This document shows positions 37,177 through 49,580 of a stretch of 64,000 nucleotides of DNA, in pieces (position 1 is the first letter of the stretch; the number at the start of each line of letters is the position of its first letter). Under the pieces are notes generated by a model. It saw nothing but the letters and a program-made list of their open reading frames with translations. It was not told where the DNA came from and ran no database searches. The stretch spans positions 19,699,432 through 19,763,431 of the forward strand of contig NC_092679.1 of NCBI RefSeq assembly GCF_964355755.1, read 5' to 3'. The translations under genes and the position numbers were made by a program. This DNA comes from Antedon mediterranea (Eukaryota > Animalia > Echinodermata).

Positions 37177-40100
37177 CTAGATGGCACGCTCGCTTCGCTC
37201 GCGTACCATCTAGGGGTGCTCACAGATGGTTCTCGAATACAGTAGAATAGAATAGAGACAACAAAACCAATACTGGATTCCATAAAGGACAATTAATTTA
37301 TGTGGACTAAAGAAATTAGGGAGAAATGGAAATGTATGTACCGGGAAATTGGGCGGCACGTGGTGGTGGTGATGGAACCGCAGTAATAAAGTTGATTGTA
37401 TTTATATATTATAAGAACCAAACTAAATAAATAGACCTAGACATTCTGCGAAATGGAAATCGGAAATTCAAGCTCCTATTCAGTGAAAAATTAAACTGTA
37501 GTCTACCTAAATATTTAGGGCAAATCATCGGTTGTGGTGGTTGAAATTCCTGTAAACATTTGTGTGAACCAAACTGGGTCGAATTTCTGTCATGAGTACT
37601 GATTTGTTGGCCTGTGATTTATGACGCCTAAGGGATCTATCTAGACTTATTTTTTAGAATAATGTACGTACCTGTCAGATACAATTGTCTTGTGTCGTAT
37701 AATAAATAAGTACTGTAATAGTTACTGAAGTTACTATTACAATCTCGTCAATGAAAACACGAAAATGTATATGCACTTACTTATGAAAACGTATACAGTA
37801 TTATACTCAGTTATTGAAACAGTAGGTTTAAAAAAGTTTCGTTTGTCTGTAAAATGATGTAATCAAGCTGTTTACATGAGTCTTAATTTATAAGCACATC
37901 AATAATAAAATAGTTTATCTATCCTGTAATTGGCGAGATTATGGTCGCTGTTGAATGAAATAAAGCCAATCGGTATCATATTTGTACAGAAACGTTTTCG
38001 CGGCCGAAGGGTGTAACCTAAATTCGTTGTATTATCGTCAAGAACTAACTGTAACTAAATTTACATAGAAAGTAGGGTATCATAAATTTGGCCTTAGCAC
38101 TCGGGGGAGTGGCTAAGATGAAGTCCGTGGGACTACTAAATATAAATTGTAATGAACCTCGAGGGACATAAATAGGAATATTTCATGTTTCATTATCAAT
38201 GTATAATAAATGGAAACTGTTTACCGATTCAAATAATATAAATTGGTTTTTAACATTTTCCGAACCTATTGCAAGTTTATTCTCAAAGGGCCCATATATT
38301 TACCTACCGTATGTGTTAAACCAAGGGCTCATAAATTTACCTACAGTACTTGTGTTAAACCAAACTCTGGCAGACTGAGAGATTGGGATGTTCCATTCAT
38401 CGCAAATCAATACATTTGTATAATCGTATATTAAATCTATCAAAATAGTCTTTTTTAAAGAAAATCGGCCTGTCTTCAACATTATGATGGTGTACTCTAG
38501 CAATCTATCAAAATAGTATTTTTTTAAAGAAAATCGGCATGTCTTCAACATTATGATGGTGTACTCTAGCTGTTCAACCGGTTTTCAGCTATTAAAAACA
38601 ATTATCGTAGGAGGAGATAGGAAAATGCGAAGCCTCCTCGCTATGTAACATTAGGGTTGAGGGATGGGAAAGCGGATAGGTACAAAGAGGAACAATTTTT
38701 AAATATATTCTTTATCCACTGAGTAACGAAATATTTTGTTCATGTTTTATAGGCCTATAAATAATATACCTCTAAATACAGTAGGCCTAAAACATTTGCG
38801 ATTTAATACTTTGTTAAAACTGTCACTGTCATAATCGATTGAAATATTAAAGTACATGTCACGATACACCACTACGACGTTTATATTTTTGGTAATTAAT
38901 TATTAATACAAACGTTGAGAAGGAACTGTCAGTATAAAGTTTATTTGTATATCTAACAGTAGAGCCTATCCACAGTCTCAGTAATAAAGTTTATTGGTTA
39001 TCCGCAACGAAGTTGCAGGATAACCTCTTGTGATTGTACGAAATCATCATCATCATCATCATCATCAACTTTTTATTCTTCTTCTTTCTTTCTGTATGAT
39101 TTTTGTGTAACGCTTTTCTCTAAAACTCGCAAACATAACATTTTGTTAACTATGTCAACATTTTGACATTTATGTAACGTCGTCAAGCGAAGCTTTTCAT
39201 GATGTTTACAATTGCGCAACGTGACGTACGCGCGATTTAACGATTTTATCGTATTTAACATATGTCGAAAACCAAATAACATTTTAAAGTGAAACTTTGC
39301 AAAAGTTTAATTTATATCATGCGCTAAATTTCTGTTGAAAAAAAATTGCGTGTTTTACACAAAGTTACGCGCGCACGCACATTTAAAATTTCAAAATGCG
39401 CAAAATTAATTTATAATCAACTTTCTACGCGTTTCATGTCGTTTTAAGCATGTCAAAAATTCCCACGCGTGCGCACATTTCTACGTGTGCGGTGCGCACG
39501 TAGCATTGAAAACGTATTTTTTTCGCGTGATTTATGTTTTTCCAGCCTTTTCTAGTAATTTTACCAAATTTTAAACAATTTCGACTTAAAGATACGTCAT
39601 ACGAGCACGTCGAATTGGACAATTTGCGCGCGTTTTTTATGAAAAGGTTAAAAAATTCGTTTAAAATATGCCTTTTTTTAAACAGTCGTAATTTCTAAAC
39701 TAGACGGTCAAATTTTTGTGGATGACATATTCTGGAAGTAGATGAGTTTTAGATATCGGATCAGGTATTAATATGGCTAACCGGATATTGTGACGTCATC
39801 GTATGGCCACGCGAATATAAAATTTAGTATTTTTGTATCTTTCGTCATAGCTCATCACATTGAATAGAGCGCATCTCCACTTATCCGTTTTCCATTTTCA
39901 CCCCGATTTTGATATTGTCTAGGTCAATCAATTATCTTTCGCATGAGTTAAAAATATTTTAATTTTTTTGACGTCATCATGCCTAAAAATTTAAATCACG
40001 TGTGGCATCAATTTCATCTTTACAGTAAATTTTAATCTGTTATAGCTCGTAAGAATAAAATGTGATAATCACGATTAAAACTTTTTCTGGAAGCTATTGG

Positions 40101-41284
40101 ATTGTAGATACGAAATTATGTAAAAATGTTGCCAATCGGATGTTGTGACGTCATCATATGGCCAGTTAAATAAAAAAGGTCGTATTTTCATCTTTTTCGT
40201 CATAATTCATTACATTTAAAAGAGCGCGCATCAATATTTAACGTATTCAAATTTCTTCTACACGCTAATACGTTGTTGCTGAGATAATTTCCTTTCGGAA
40301 TTGCTAACTTCGCGTTTCATTTTAAAACCATCAACATGTTAAAAATTGCAATAAATAGCGGGTCCCGTAATTTCACCTATTCTACACTGTATGTGATATG
40401 GATACAGATTATACTGTGTATACTATATATGAATTTAAATAATAAAATTCAGCAATAACAACAGATCATATTCTTCAGTTCAGGTCATAATGCCAACGTG
40501 AACACTTCCTTTTGTCCTCAACCTATCCCCTTAATGTTAATGTTGCACCACTTGCGCGGCGGATAACCAAACTCGTCAAAGTGACGAGTTACATGTCTAG
40601 TTTGTATATATTTTTATATTACATCTAACAGTACGAACATTCACAGTAAGAAATGTTCGATTCAAATGAAAAATAGTTAATAGGTATTTACAGTATTGTC
40701 AAAGTATTGCAAGTTTATTCTCAAAGGGCCCATATATTTACCTACCGTATGTGTTAAACCAAGGGCTCATAAATTTACCTACAGTACTTGTGTTAAACCA
40801 AACTCTGGCAGACTGAGAGATTGGGATGTTCCATTCATCGCAAATCAATACATTTGTATAATCGTATATTAAATCTATCAAAATAGTATTTTTTTAAGAA
40901 AATCGGCCTGTCTTCAACATTATGATGCTGTACTCTAGCTGTTCAACCGGTTTTCAGCTATTAAAAACAATTATCGTAGGAGGAGATAGGAAAATGCGAA
41001 GCCTCCTCGCATTTTTTTGGCGGGTATTTTTCAAGATGGACATCCATTAGACAGTGTATACCACGATCGGAAAACACCCCTATTTGGGGCAAATCGTTGA
41101 ACCTAAATTCGTTTTAATCGTCAATAACTAATTATCTAACTCAATTTAATTAGTAAACAGGGTTACATCAGGCGGTTAAAATCAGTACCGAAAGTACGAA
41201 CCAACTTTACATACCATCGAGTGAAAATTCTAGAAGTAAGGCGCGATTTACCGAATTTTGCCCTTACGTAAATTTATATATAGA
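37177..41284 (-). mobile_element. Composite Helitron of the same family (with nested HINE)
   Basis: A|TCTATATATAAATTTACG start at 41284; same terminal hairpin and CTAG at 37177-37212. Internal duplication (38265-38640 vs 40707-41010) and ~1 kb of sequence absent from the + copies. Confidence 0.75.
38994..40601 (+). mobile_element. DINE-1/HINE-like Helentron derivative, second subfamily, nested in the Helitron
   Basis: TTGGTTATCCGC start, (ATC)n microsatellite, GCGGATAACCAA (40559-40570), AACTCGTC..GACGAGTT hairpin, CTAGT end. Interrupts gtaataaagtttat|ttgtatata, which is contiguous in the other Helitron copies. Confidence 0.8.
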
Positions 41285-41322
41285 TTAAAGCTAAATTAAA
41301 ACAGCCAGAAAAATCTCTCTTT

Positions 41323-42942
41323 GGGCCTGTTTCTGCTGCATAAAAAATAACCGGTTAAAATCGGTGTGAATAAATTAAAATCGGTGTGAATAAATTAACT
41401 CCATTTTCTTGGCAGCAGAAACAGGACACATTTGTGGTAACCGGTTAAAAGGCAGCGCAAAATAACCGGTTAAAAACACCAATTTAAATCGGTGTTAGAA
41501 CGCCGTTTAACCGGTTATCGCTGAGCAATTCTTAGCTGCAACACAAAATAACGGTTATTTGATTGACAGTTGTGACCCCGGGTCAGATACCGTCGCATAC
41601 GGTGTGTGTTTTCCTCGTGGTTTTGACAGTCGAACGAAGAAGTTAACATGTATGTGGATGAATGAAATCACAAGATATGTTATTCAGTTGTGGGGGGAGA
41701 GAAAGTACGGGGAAGGATGGCAGGCAACAGAAAAGAATCACAGATAATAAATAAGAGCATTTTTGCGAAAGTAAAAGAGGAATTTGGGGTGGAGTTCCGG
41801 GGACTACCCAAGCTAAAGCAATTTGAGGCGTTAGTACACGCTCGCGAAGGGTATGGATGGTCCTATATTAACACCAAAACGGAAACAAAAGGGACTCAGA
41901 ATGTTGCAAATACCTACCAAACGATAGTAGATAATGGTTAATTAATTATGAAAACCCAAATTTTATAGCAAAAATCATCCGAATTTATGTTATAAACGAT
42001 GAATTTAGCAACAAAAACTTAATCCAAACGAGCGTATTTATGGCACGCCCTTAGTGCCTTTAATAGGAGAACAATCTTAATTTGATCGTTTTATATAATT
42101 TTTTTAGAAAAACATCACATCGACCGAAAACAAAGGTTATGAGAGCCTTTGATAATATATTAAATATGATTTTATTAAGCATAGAAATGTGTTATTATTT
42201 ATGTTAGTACATAAATATACGAAACAATGTTTAATACTCATTATTCTATTAAAGGCACTATGTGCGTGCGATATTCTATGACTTGGATACTCTCGTTTGA
42301 TTTAAGTTTTTGTGGCTAAACTCGTCGTTTTTAACATAAATTCGGACGATTTTTGCTATAAAAGTTAGGGTTTCATAATTAATTAACAATTATCTACTCT
42401 CGTTTGGTAGGTATTGCCACATTCTAAGTCTCGTTTTTGTTTCCGTTTGGTTTTTTGTAGGACCGCGCTCGCGAAAGACAACAGTCGTTCACGTGGGAAG
42501 GGCCGTATCATCATCGCCTTTGTTGAGGAATTTTAGGCTAGATAAAAATTATCCTAGGCGATCGGGCGCTGCACGACCCTCCCCATGTTATTGAAGGCGC
42601 CATGAGAATTAATTTTATTAGCGATCAGTAAGTAGGCTTTACAAAAAACAAAACTTGTAGACCTGTAGACAACATTTTATTATTTTAACATGTTTGAGAT
42701 GTTCGGCGATATACACACGTGTGTATTGACGACGTCGATGTAAACAAACAGCCAACTTACTAGTTCCGTCTGAGTGTATTGCATTTTGGGTAATGATGAC
42801 GTTTTGCTCGACGACCACCCATAGATTTAACCGGTTATTTCGGAGCACAAATTGAGCAGAAACGCGGTCTTGTTATTGTTATCTATTTTTAATCTATTTT
42901 AAAATAACCGGTTAAATTGCGTTATGCAGCAGAAACAGACCC
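41323..42942 (+). mobile_element. PIF/Harbinger-like non-autonomous transposon with a decayed Myb/SANT-trihelix coding relic
   Basis: 21-bp TIR GGGCCTGTTTCTGCTGCATAA / TTATGCAGCAGAAACAGACCC, 3-bp TTT flanks, repeated subterminal palindrome TAACCGGTTA. Frameshifted peptide WMNEITRYVIQLWG/EKVRGRMAGNRKESQI at ~41655-41790. Confidence 0.7.
41849..42465. mobile_element. Foldback/MULE-like element nested in the Harbinger-like element
   Basis: ~200-bp inverted arms (41859-42066 vs 42246-42464), flanked by a 10-bp direct repeat cgctcgcgaa (41839-41848, 42466-42475). Confidence 0.7.
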
Positions 42943-45101
42943 TTTGTAAAAATAATGATGATATTTTTCTAAACTAAATATTTACTACATGCTGCAGCCT
43001 TGCATTAATTAGCATGGCTAATAAACCTTCACAACAAACTAATTAAATTAAAGTTTAATGTTAGGGGTCATAACTGATCATCAATTACTGTATAATAAAA
43101 TGTTATTTCTAATTGAAAATTGTTGTAATACTTTATTGCAATACTTTTACTGTTTTGCTAGTGTTACTGCAGTATGTTTACTGCAGTTAATGCAGTTTAT
43201 CATAGCTTGTGCATTTTTACTATTATTTTTTTTTTATGTAGATTTAATGTACAAACAATACTTTCACATTCGATGATGTAGTACTTTGATAGAGTACTTT
43301 CATTTTAGTTCTTAATGCTATTGGCATGCTATAGCTTTCACTTGGTAGGTAATACAGTAGTTTCAAAACATCTAGTAAAAAAGAAGTTTAAAAGATTTTA
43401 CAATTAAAAACACATACCAAATATCAGAAAATCAGAATAATATAGCCAGACCAGGGGTGTCCGGTATTGGGAGAGTTGTATGATAAATAAATATTAATTA
43501 CATATATACAAATTTCAATACATGTATAGAAAATTATCTCTTTGATTGAATATTAACAGACTTACGATGATCATGAATAAAATCACATACAAATTAAAAA
43601 CATGTAATAGAAAAAGTATTATACTATACTATATTATTTAACTAACCCATGGAAACAAAACATCACAAGCAGTACAGATGGACAAAGAATGAACAACGAA
43701 ATAGAGGAATTTGGTTGCAGCCTTATGTCCCAGCCAGAGGATGGGTATCTAACTGTAGAACTCCTACTAAAGGGAAACAAAAAACCCAATTATTTTGTAT
43801 GGTACCAGGGATAGCCCTCTAAATCCCCAAAAGGGGATTTACATCCTGAAGAGCCTCCCATATTTCTCCTTGTTTGTTTCATGATGAAGTGTCCCCTTAA
43901 TAGGCGTCCACCCTAATTTTTATTTTTATTTTTATTTTTTTTTTCATTTTAACACATACATAATACAAAATTAATAGATAAAGGTAACGTAACTATTAAA
44001 ATGAATAAATAAAAGGAAACACTATATAATACTCTCTCAAAAATAAGAGAGTAATGAAATTAAAGAAAAAAAAAATTATCGCAAAAATACACTTTATAAT
44101 AGTCATTTTGTAAATAATATGGTTGCCTTGTATTTTTGGTAAATGTGAAAACCCTAAATGCGTCGACCCTAAATAGGGGTTGGCTGTAGTGTTAAAAATG
44201 TATTACCCCTTGTTAGGTTTAACAAGAAAATGTCCCCTGATAAGGGTTCTAGTCATTTTTAAAAACAAAGATTTTACTTACCAATAACCAGCTAGAAACC
44301 ATGAAAAAGAAATAATTTTATCTTTCAGATAAGAACAAGATCTGATTTACTGAATAAATTCTAGAAATACTAAGTATTCAGGATACATTTAATTAGATTG
44401 GTAGCTAAACCCAAAATGAGTCAGTCACAGAAAAAAATTAACATAAATGGCTCCAGAAAATGATAACGCATCACGAAAAAAGGAAGAGGCAGCCTGGACA
44501 AACGACCTTAGAGCAGTCCCTTGATACATCAGCATTCAAAAACAAGTCAAATTAACACTTTCGTCTTCTGTAACGTAAGTGGTTTCCCCCTTTCGTAACA
44601 GACACCTGTGACTTCGAATCGTGATATGCTAGTGATTCAACGAAAAGTTTAAATAAAACGATTCCAAATCTGTCAAATATTTGACTTTTCTTTTTCTACA
44701 CATTACTATTTTTGTCGATCAGTTCATTGAACCTTTATTTAATATTTCAATCTTAATTAAAAAATATTAAAGTTTATTTCCAATTCAAAAGATTTTCAGA
44801 GGTATGACTTACTATGGCATACCCATATAATGCAATTATATTTCTAATTATTTATAAACTATTTATCTATAAAAAATATAGTGGTGCTGGCACTAAATGC
44901 AATAACGACTTGAAGATCACTATGCAAAAATAGGTTATACAAAAGGTGGGAGAATAGGGGATGGGGTACAGGAGGTGTGGTAGTGTAGTGTAGTGTGTGG
45001 ATGAATTTGTGCAATAAAAGAATACAGAGATGATAGCAAATTAGAAAAGCAGAACTGTGGCTTTGTGGTTAACATGATTGCCTTGCAATCCCAATGTCCA
45101 G

Positions 45102-45377
45102 GGTTCAATCCTGACCTGGTCTATGATTCAATCCTGACCTGGTCCATGGTTTAATCCTGACCTGGTCCATGGTTTAATCCTGACCTGGTCCATGGTTTAA
45201 TCTTGACCTGGTCCATGTTTCAATCCTGACCTGGTCTATGGTTCAATCCTGACCTGGTCTATGGTTCAATCCTGACCTGGTCCATGGTTCAATCCTGACC
45301 TGGTCCATGGTTTAATCCTGACCTGGTCCATGGTTTAATCCTGACCTGGTCCATGGTTTAATCCTGACCTGGTCCAG
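45102..45377 (+). repeat. 23-bp minisatellite x12 grown from a SINE B-box
   Basis: ggttYaatcctgacctggtcYat units follow a tRNA-like head gtggctttgtggttaacatg... at 45057-45111. Confidence 0.85.
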
Positions 45378-47329
45378 AGTTCAAATAATGACAGTTTCTA
45401 CTCTATTACTTTGATAGGGCAATGCCAAATCATTTCAATTTGTTGGTATTTCTTAGATTTTTCTGTAAATTCCACAATATCTTGACAAATGTAAGTTGCA
45501 ATACAGCCACCTAGAAATTCTTCAAATAGACTAGAGTACAGTAAGTAAGAAAAGAAGGAAGGCAACAATTAATGGACAGAGAAGACTGTCTACTATGAGT
45601 ACATCCGTGAACTTAGTTCAATAGACCAAATAACCACAATATAGTCATCCTTAAATATAATTAAAAATTTTCGTTTAAATTAAGTTTAAGTCACTATTTG
45701 TCAGGTTGTCCAATCAATTTGTGTTTTAAATCATAATAATTGATTACGATTAGCTAAATATGGTCATTTAGGTTAAGGATGACCACAGGGCATTAATAGA
45801 TGGATTCATTCAACATTTATTTCCATCAACGAACGCAGAGAAAGAGACAGACTACAGTAAAACCCCTATTAAGAGGACACCTTCGGGACACAAAAAAACA
45901 TGTTAACTCACTGGATACGGGTTGGATGTTGTGTTCAAACATATATTTCCCCTTGATTATTTCCCAGAAAAATGTTCCCCTAAAATATCTCCTCTGAAAA
46001 GGGTTGTGGTAGATTGGTTCTCTGTTATCAAATATTAGATTAGAAGATAAATGTTTTCTAATGGAGAGTTTAGTCTAAGTTATACGGCAGACCTAAGATA
46101 TAATAATTTTTCTATAAGAATTCACTAGAATTTGGGATTTTTTACACCCCTGACCCTGTCTGATGGCACCTATGACTTAGAATACCCTTTCCTTAGCCTA
46201 TTTCCTACACCATCTCCAAAACATGAGGCTGTTGTGGTAGGCCATATTGGTAACTTTGAACATGTATCAAACCTTGAAAATAAAAAAATCATCACTTGTC
46301 CTTGACTAAAACCTAGAAATAAAATCTAAGATAACAACTACTCATTAATCTCCCATAGTCAAGGTCAGTTTTTATTTAAAAGTTGGGGAAAATCAGACAT
46401 GGCTTACCCTTCAAAGACGAGGGCATAAAATTCATTAAGATCATCTATCTAACGAGGTTAACCCAAATCCCTATATTACAATGTACTTTATTTTCATTAT
46501 AAAAAATATAATTTAATTATGAAATTTATATAATTTGATCCTAACTAAATTCTGTCAAATTAATAAAATTAGAATACTGATAATTTTCTTTTTCGCGATT
46601 TATACACAGTAAACTGAAGATGGAATGAGGGATGCAAGGACCCCAAAACAATTAGGTTGTGCGTTGGTTTTCTAGTATTATAGAAGAAACCCTTATGGTA
46701 CAAAGTGTCCACTGAATAGGGGTATCATCTGAATAGGGATTGACCATAGTGTTAAAATATATATTGGCCACCATAATTTCAGTGTTCCCTTTAGTAGGGG
46801 TGACCCCTAAATAGGGATATCCCAAATGACAGATTCTACTGTACAATGATAAAACTTAACACTGACTATAATATTATGACTGTATACACCATAACCAAGG
46901 CAGTCAATTATTATTATTCAACAAGGGTTGAAAAGCAAAATAAACCCTCTGCACAAGTACTGTACCTAGAAATCATTGTGGTTAAATCGGCAATCACGTT
47001 TTTAGCAATGTTCAATGACTTGATGGGGGTGTCCTCCTTGACCCTGTCCTCCAAAAACTGGGGTTAATGCTCCAAATTCTATCGTTACATCCCGTACTAT
47101 CAACTTTTTTTATCTGCACGCTAGGAAGGGCAAGTAATATTGATATTGTTTGAAGATAACTATATCACTTTTTATTATATTTGATATGTTAAAATATGAT
47201 GAATAAACCAGCAGCATAATACAATTTCAACTAGTAGTATGCATGAAGCCATATGTGCTTAATCACATTTTAATATTTCAATATAAAACTACTATAACTC
47301 ATACTTTTACCAACAGGAGTAGCATAGGA

Positions 47330-47860
47330 TTTTAACCTAAACTCGCCACAGAAACAATTAACCATTTAAATATCACAAAAATATAGAATAATAATCTACT
47401 AGAAAAACAATGACATTGAAATTATGCAAACAAGCTATAAACCAAATGCTAACCACCATGGGATTTAAACCCAAACTCACCACAGAAAATCACGTAAAAA
47501 ACCAATCAACCATTAAATAAATTCATAAAATTAAAGCATAATCTACAAAAACAAAATTACACTAGTAACAATGACACTGAAATTATGCAAATAAGCTATA
47601 AACCATACATAACAAACATGGGATTTGAACCAAAACTCACAATTAGAAAGTCATGTCAACAACCAATCAACCATTAAATAAAATTCATAACAATTAAACA
47701 TAATCTACAAAAAAAAGTACACTAGTAACAATGACATTGAAATTATACAAACAAGCTATAAACCAAATGCTAACCACCATGGGATTTGAACCCGAACTCA
47801 CCACACAAAATCATGTAAACAACCAATAAACCGTTTAAAAGTCACAAAAATAAAGCATCT
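47330..47860. repeat. ~160-bp tandem repeat, ~3 copies
   Basis: aacaatgacaYtgaaattatRcaaaYaagctataaacca recurs at ~47407, 47568 and 47727. Confidence 0.8.
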
Positions 47861-48099
47861 CATTGTTATGTCACATGACAACATCCTGAAAACTTTCGTT
47901 TCAATCCATCATTCATAATCCATTGCGGTGATTTGTAATTACAGGAAGATCTAGTCATTAAATCAATTAGGTCAAATTTTAAATCTAATTTTTATAAAAA
48001 AGTTTTAAAATGACAGAATTTCAATGAATACCAGGTTACCTAATAAGTACATGTCCCACACTTGATCTTGACTAATATTCTAATTAAGTTGATTAATTG

Positions 48100-48300
48100 C
48101 TCTGATTGGTCAGTTAAAATTAGCATGTGACCAATCTAACTTTATACAGTATGCAAGTATTTGCATTGATTGGTCAGTTATTAGCATGTGACCAATCTAA
48201 CTTCATACAGAATATGATTAATTGCATTGATTGGTCAGATAAAATTAGCATGTGACCAATCTAACTTTATACAGAACGTGATTAATTGCACTGAATGATC
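48100..48300. repeat. ~63-bp tandem repeat x3 with inverted CCAAT pair
   Basis: tgattggtcag...ttagcatgtgaccaatctaactt.atacag repeated. Confidence 0.8.
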
Positions 48301-49204
48301 ATTTATTAGCAACTTTATAACTAACAGTATAGCTATTACATTAACATAACTGACTGACATCTAAATAACTTTCAATGTCGAAAGACCATTGGCCAAAACA
48401 GACTCATTAGTGTGAGGAAGTCACTCTTGATACCACATTTTTCTAAATTAATTCAAGCACCAAATTATCTAGTTTTTACTTTTTTAAAGAATTACATTTG
48501 TTATTTTGGCAAAACCACAAGAAAATGTCATTAAATATAGAACGCGATGCTGACAATGAAACCAGGAAAAAAACAAAGACAGTCCGCCTAGGATAAGTAC
48601 ACTAGGATAAGATAAGATGTCAGGAATGAACTTTAAAAAGCAAGAAATTATTTGATGACAGATAACTTAACTTCTGTACTTGGTTAAAAAAAGTTTAGCT
48701 TTTCTGACAGGTTAAGTAAACCCACTTACGTGTGGAATAAATCAATTGATAGGTGATGAAAGTAATAATGCGATAGAAATGACTTAATTATCCAGACTCA
48801 TGCTTATTGTCTTCAAGATACATTGCCAGATAGAAACCAGGTCGCTATTAAGTTGTTCTTACAACCATAAACCATTAGTTTTACAGTTGTCTTCAGCAGC
48901 AGCGACAAGCAGAAGAGGGGATGTGTAGTGTTTCTTTATTATATTGCCTTTTTCAACCGATCTGTCATTGCCCTTTTCAGCCTTTTCAATATTTAAAACT
49001 ACTCTAGGTACTATCATACTTTTACCGTTTTTACAGACACAAATCTTGTATAAAACTCACTATTTGTCTCACTACTTGAGTGTTGTGATAGTTATTCTAC
49101 AAACGTATGATTTGAGATAGAGCGAAACATCGGACAATTTTTCCATCAGGGTCAAATGCAATGACTACTTTATGGTCCTATAAATCCTTATTTTATAGTT
49201 TGGT

Positions 49205-49580
49205 CCATGTGCGAACTGGTACCAAAGAGAAACAGGTTGTACAGCAATCTAACTAAGTAGTGGATTCATGTTTAGTAGAAACTGGTGGTACTAAACTAGG
49301 TTTAAGAAATTTAGATGTAAAATTGTTTTTTAAAAAAAAGTCAACATAATATTGTTCCATATGTGTGAACTGGTACTAACTTTAGGTTTAAGAAATTCAG
49401 ATATAAAATTGCTTTAAAAACAAGCCAACATCGTATTGTTCCTTGTGCGAGCTAGTACTAAATTAGGTTTAGGAAATTCAGATACAATTGTTTTAAAAAA
49501 CAAAGCCAACTTATAGTATTGCTCCTTGTGCGAACTTATTCTAACTTAAAGTTAAGAAATTCAAATACAAAATTGTTTTT
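49205..49580. repeat. Degenerate ~85-90-bp tandem repeat, ~4 copies
   Basis: gtgcgaactggtactaa...ggtttaagaaattcagata..aaattgtttt recurs. Confidence 0.7.
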
